Position numbers and translations under genes: made by a program. DNA of 61,074 bases, counting the filler. It is 5 parts of 5 records of this genome, joined end to end, with 100 filler letters (N's around TTAATTAATTAA, not from the genome) between each part and the next. Parts side by side here need not be neighbours in the genome. Positions count along the whole stretch, not along the records: positions 49,744 to 61,074 come from SRR20825006_2455; 4 more parts are not named here. One strand, 5' to 3'. This document shows, in pieces, positions 59,564 through 61,074 of the stretch (within the stretch, counting starts at the first letter, position 1; each line of letters begins with the position of its first letter). The notes under the pieces were generated by a model that was given only the letters and a program-made list of their open reading frames with translations, made no database searches and was not told the origin of the DNA.

Positions 59564-60316
59564 TTAGAAAGGCACGCGGTATTCAACCCCGAGCGCCAAG
59601 TTATTCACATCTTGCCGGCGATATTGATTGAGGCGGTATTCCGCCACCGCATACCACTGCTGCCACAGCCGCCAGCCGAGTTGTAGCTCGGCAACCATCG
59701 GGTTGGCCGGGAAGCCCTCAGGTAGGTCTTCATTAAAGGTGTGATCAATAAACCCAGCGAGGTATAGGCGCTCACTCACGGCGGGGGAACTCCAGCGCCA
59801 GCTATTCTCCAACTGCCAAACCGATTCGTCGCGGTCGTCAATTTGCAGGGCGTGCAGGGTCAGCGAATAGGTCAGATTGAGTTGTGCAAACAGGTGGCGA
59901 AACCACGAACTATCATTCAGGCGCCACCGCAGGCCAAAGCGCAGTCGGTCATTGTCCTCGCCGGTGCGCATATTATGCTGCACGCTTAGATCGAGCGACG
60001 GTACTGCCGCCAACTGCCGACGCAGATTTTGCTCGGTGTAATAACTATTCGTTTCCGACAGCTCAGCCGTAGCCGGCTGGTTATAGAAATTGATAAAACC
60101 AAAGTATGACCAGCGCTCGGAAAGCCGGGCGCCAATATTCAGCGTGAAAACCGAATCGCTTTCTACGTCATCAAGGTAGGGGTATAGGTTAAAATCCAGA
60201 AAGCCCTTGCCATAGGCGTGCCACGGGCACAGTAACAACGCGCCGCACAATACGATGCAGCGCTTGCCGCCGCGTGCTGAAAGCCAAGGGAATGTCATTA
60301 TTCTTTGCCCCGCCAC
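59564..60316 (-). CDS. Hypothetical exported protein, probable outer-membrane beta-barrel
   Basis: Signal peptide ending AYG; aromatic amphipathic strands; C-terminal beta-signal-like ALGVEYRVPF. Confidence 0.65.
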   Translation of the reverse strand: MAGQRIMTFPWLSARGGKRCIVLCGALLLCPWHAYGKGFLDFNLYPYLDDVESDSVFTLNIGARLSERWSYFGFINFYNQPATAELSETNSYYTEQNLRRQLAAVPSLDLSVQHNMRTGEDNDRLRFGLRWRLNDSSWFRHLFAQLNLTYSLTLHALQIDDRDESVWQLENSWRWSSPAVSERLYLAGFIDHTFNEDLPEGFPANPMVAELQLGWRLWQQWYAVAEYRLNQYRRQDVNNLALGVEYRVPF

Positions 60317-60391
60317 ACCAAACCTTGGCCATTTGTAGCGCGTCCCTCAGCGGGGGAACATGCGTATTTATGCGTGGCAGCCCGCAAAAAT

Positions 60392-60418
60392 AAAACGCCC
60401 CGACTAGCGGGGCGTTTT
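60392..60418 (-). terminator. rpoH terminator
   Basis: AAAACGCCCCG-actag-CGGGGCGTTTT. Confidence 0.8.
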
Positions 60419-60452
60419 CAGGTGTTACTTGGGAAGGCCGCGGCGGGCGCGC

Positions 60453-61073
60453 TTACTCCATGGCCGCCTTAAGCTTTTTCATTGCCGCTTTTTCCAGCTG
60501 TCGAATGCGTTCAGCGGAAACACCGTAGCGGTCTGCCAACTCGTGCAGCGTCGCTTTGCTTTCAGCCAACCAGCGGCTTTGCAGGATATCCCGGCTACGC
60601 TCGTCCAGCTCGTCCAGCGCCAGCGCTAAACTCTGGTGGTTGCTCTCTTCCCAGTTGTCAGCTTCCAGCAGGCGCGCGGGGTCTTGGCTGTTGTCTTCCA
60701 GGTAATGCACCGGCGCGACGAAACTGCTGTCGTCGTCGCTGTCGCTGGCATCGAAGCCGACATCCACCGAACTCAGGCGCCCTTCCATACGGCGCACTTC
60801 AGTGACATCGACGCCGAGATCACTGGCCACGGCGTGGGCCTCGTCATTACTCAGCCAGGCCAGCTGTTTCTTCGCGCTGCGCAGATTGAAAAACAACTTA
60901 CGCTGCGCCTTGGTGGTTGCTACTTTCACAATGCGCCAGTTGCGCAATACGTATTCGTGAATTTCCGCCTTGATCCAGTGCACCGCAAAAGACACCAAAC
61001 GCACCCCTTTGCTGGGGTCAAAGCGCTTAACCGCCTTCATCAGGCCGACATTGCCTTCCTGAATCAGGTCAGC
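60453..61073 (-). CDS. rpoH: Heat-shock sigma factor sigma-32 (5' truncated)
   Basis: [19 protein letters not shown]; RpoH box [21 protein letters not shown]. Confidence 0.97.
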   Translation of the reverse strand, partial: ADLIQEGNVGLMKAVKRFDPSKGVRLVSFAVHWIKAEIHEYVLRNWRIVKVATTKAQRKLFFNLRSAKKQLAWLSNDEAHAVASDLGVDVTEVRRMEGRLSSVDVGFDASDSDDDSSFVAPVHYLEDNSQDPARLLEADNWEESNHQSLALALDELDERSRDILQSRWLAESKATLHELADRYGVSAERIRQLEKAAMKKLKAAME

Positions 61074-61074
61074 C

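Overview
This window is not one genome region. It is five unrelated contigs joined by artificial 100-nt spacers (N44-TTAATTAATTAA-N44) at 26460-26559, 31735-31834, 41489-41588 and 49644-49743. Taxon labels below are inferred from gene content and composition. (1) 1-26459: GC-rich, predatory-deltaproteobacterium-like (Bradymonadia/Myxococcota style). It carries several Cys-rich vWA/Ig-fold lipoproteins, a sigma-54 activator, a lipoprotein neutral ceramidase, an isolated FliK/SctP + FliN/SctQ pair converging on a degenerate CpaF/TadA-like ATPase with a very long acidic tail, zinc-free rpmG and rpsR, a candidate structured RNA, a glycosyltransferase and a PP2C phosphatase. (2) 26560-31734: Rhodospirillaceae/Thalassospira-like (diguanylate cyclase, LysE, hypotheticals). 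(3) 31835-41488: Rhodobacteraceae-like (truncated glycine riboswitch, gltX, zincin, Tat MBL hydrolase, FIST-like pair, PfkB, YegD, nadE, MORN protein). (4) 41589-49643: Flavobacteriaceae-like (dnaA, LMW-PTP, T9SS sugar dehydrogenase, mltG, dapF). (5) 49744-61074: marine gammaproteobacterium (arsS-arsM, purEK, NrtS-LysR-HPP, LysR-frmA-fghA, trmB, rpoH). The best novelty candidates are the SctP/SctQ + Tad pseudo-ATPase + ceramidase locus (possible contact-dependent predation module), the NrtS/HPP module next to GSNO reductase (frmA), arsS-arsM in a heterotroph, and the ~115-nt structured element after rpsR. All family calls are from motif recognition; no database search was run.
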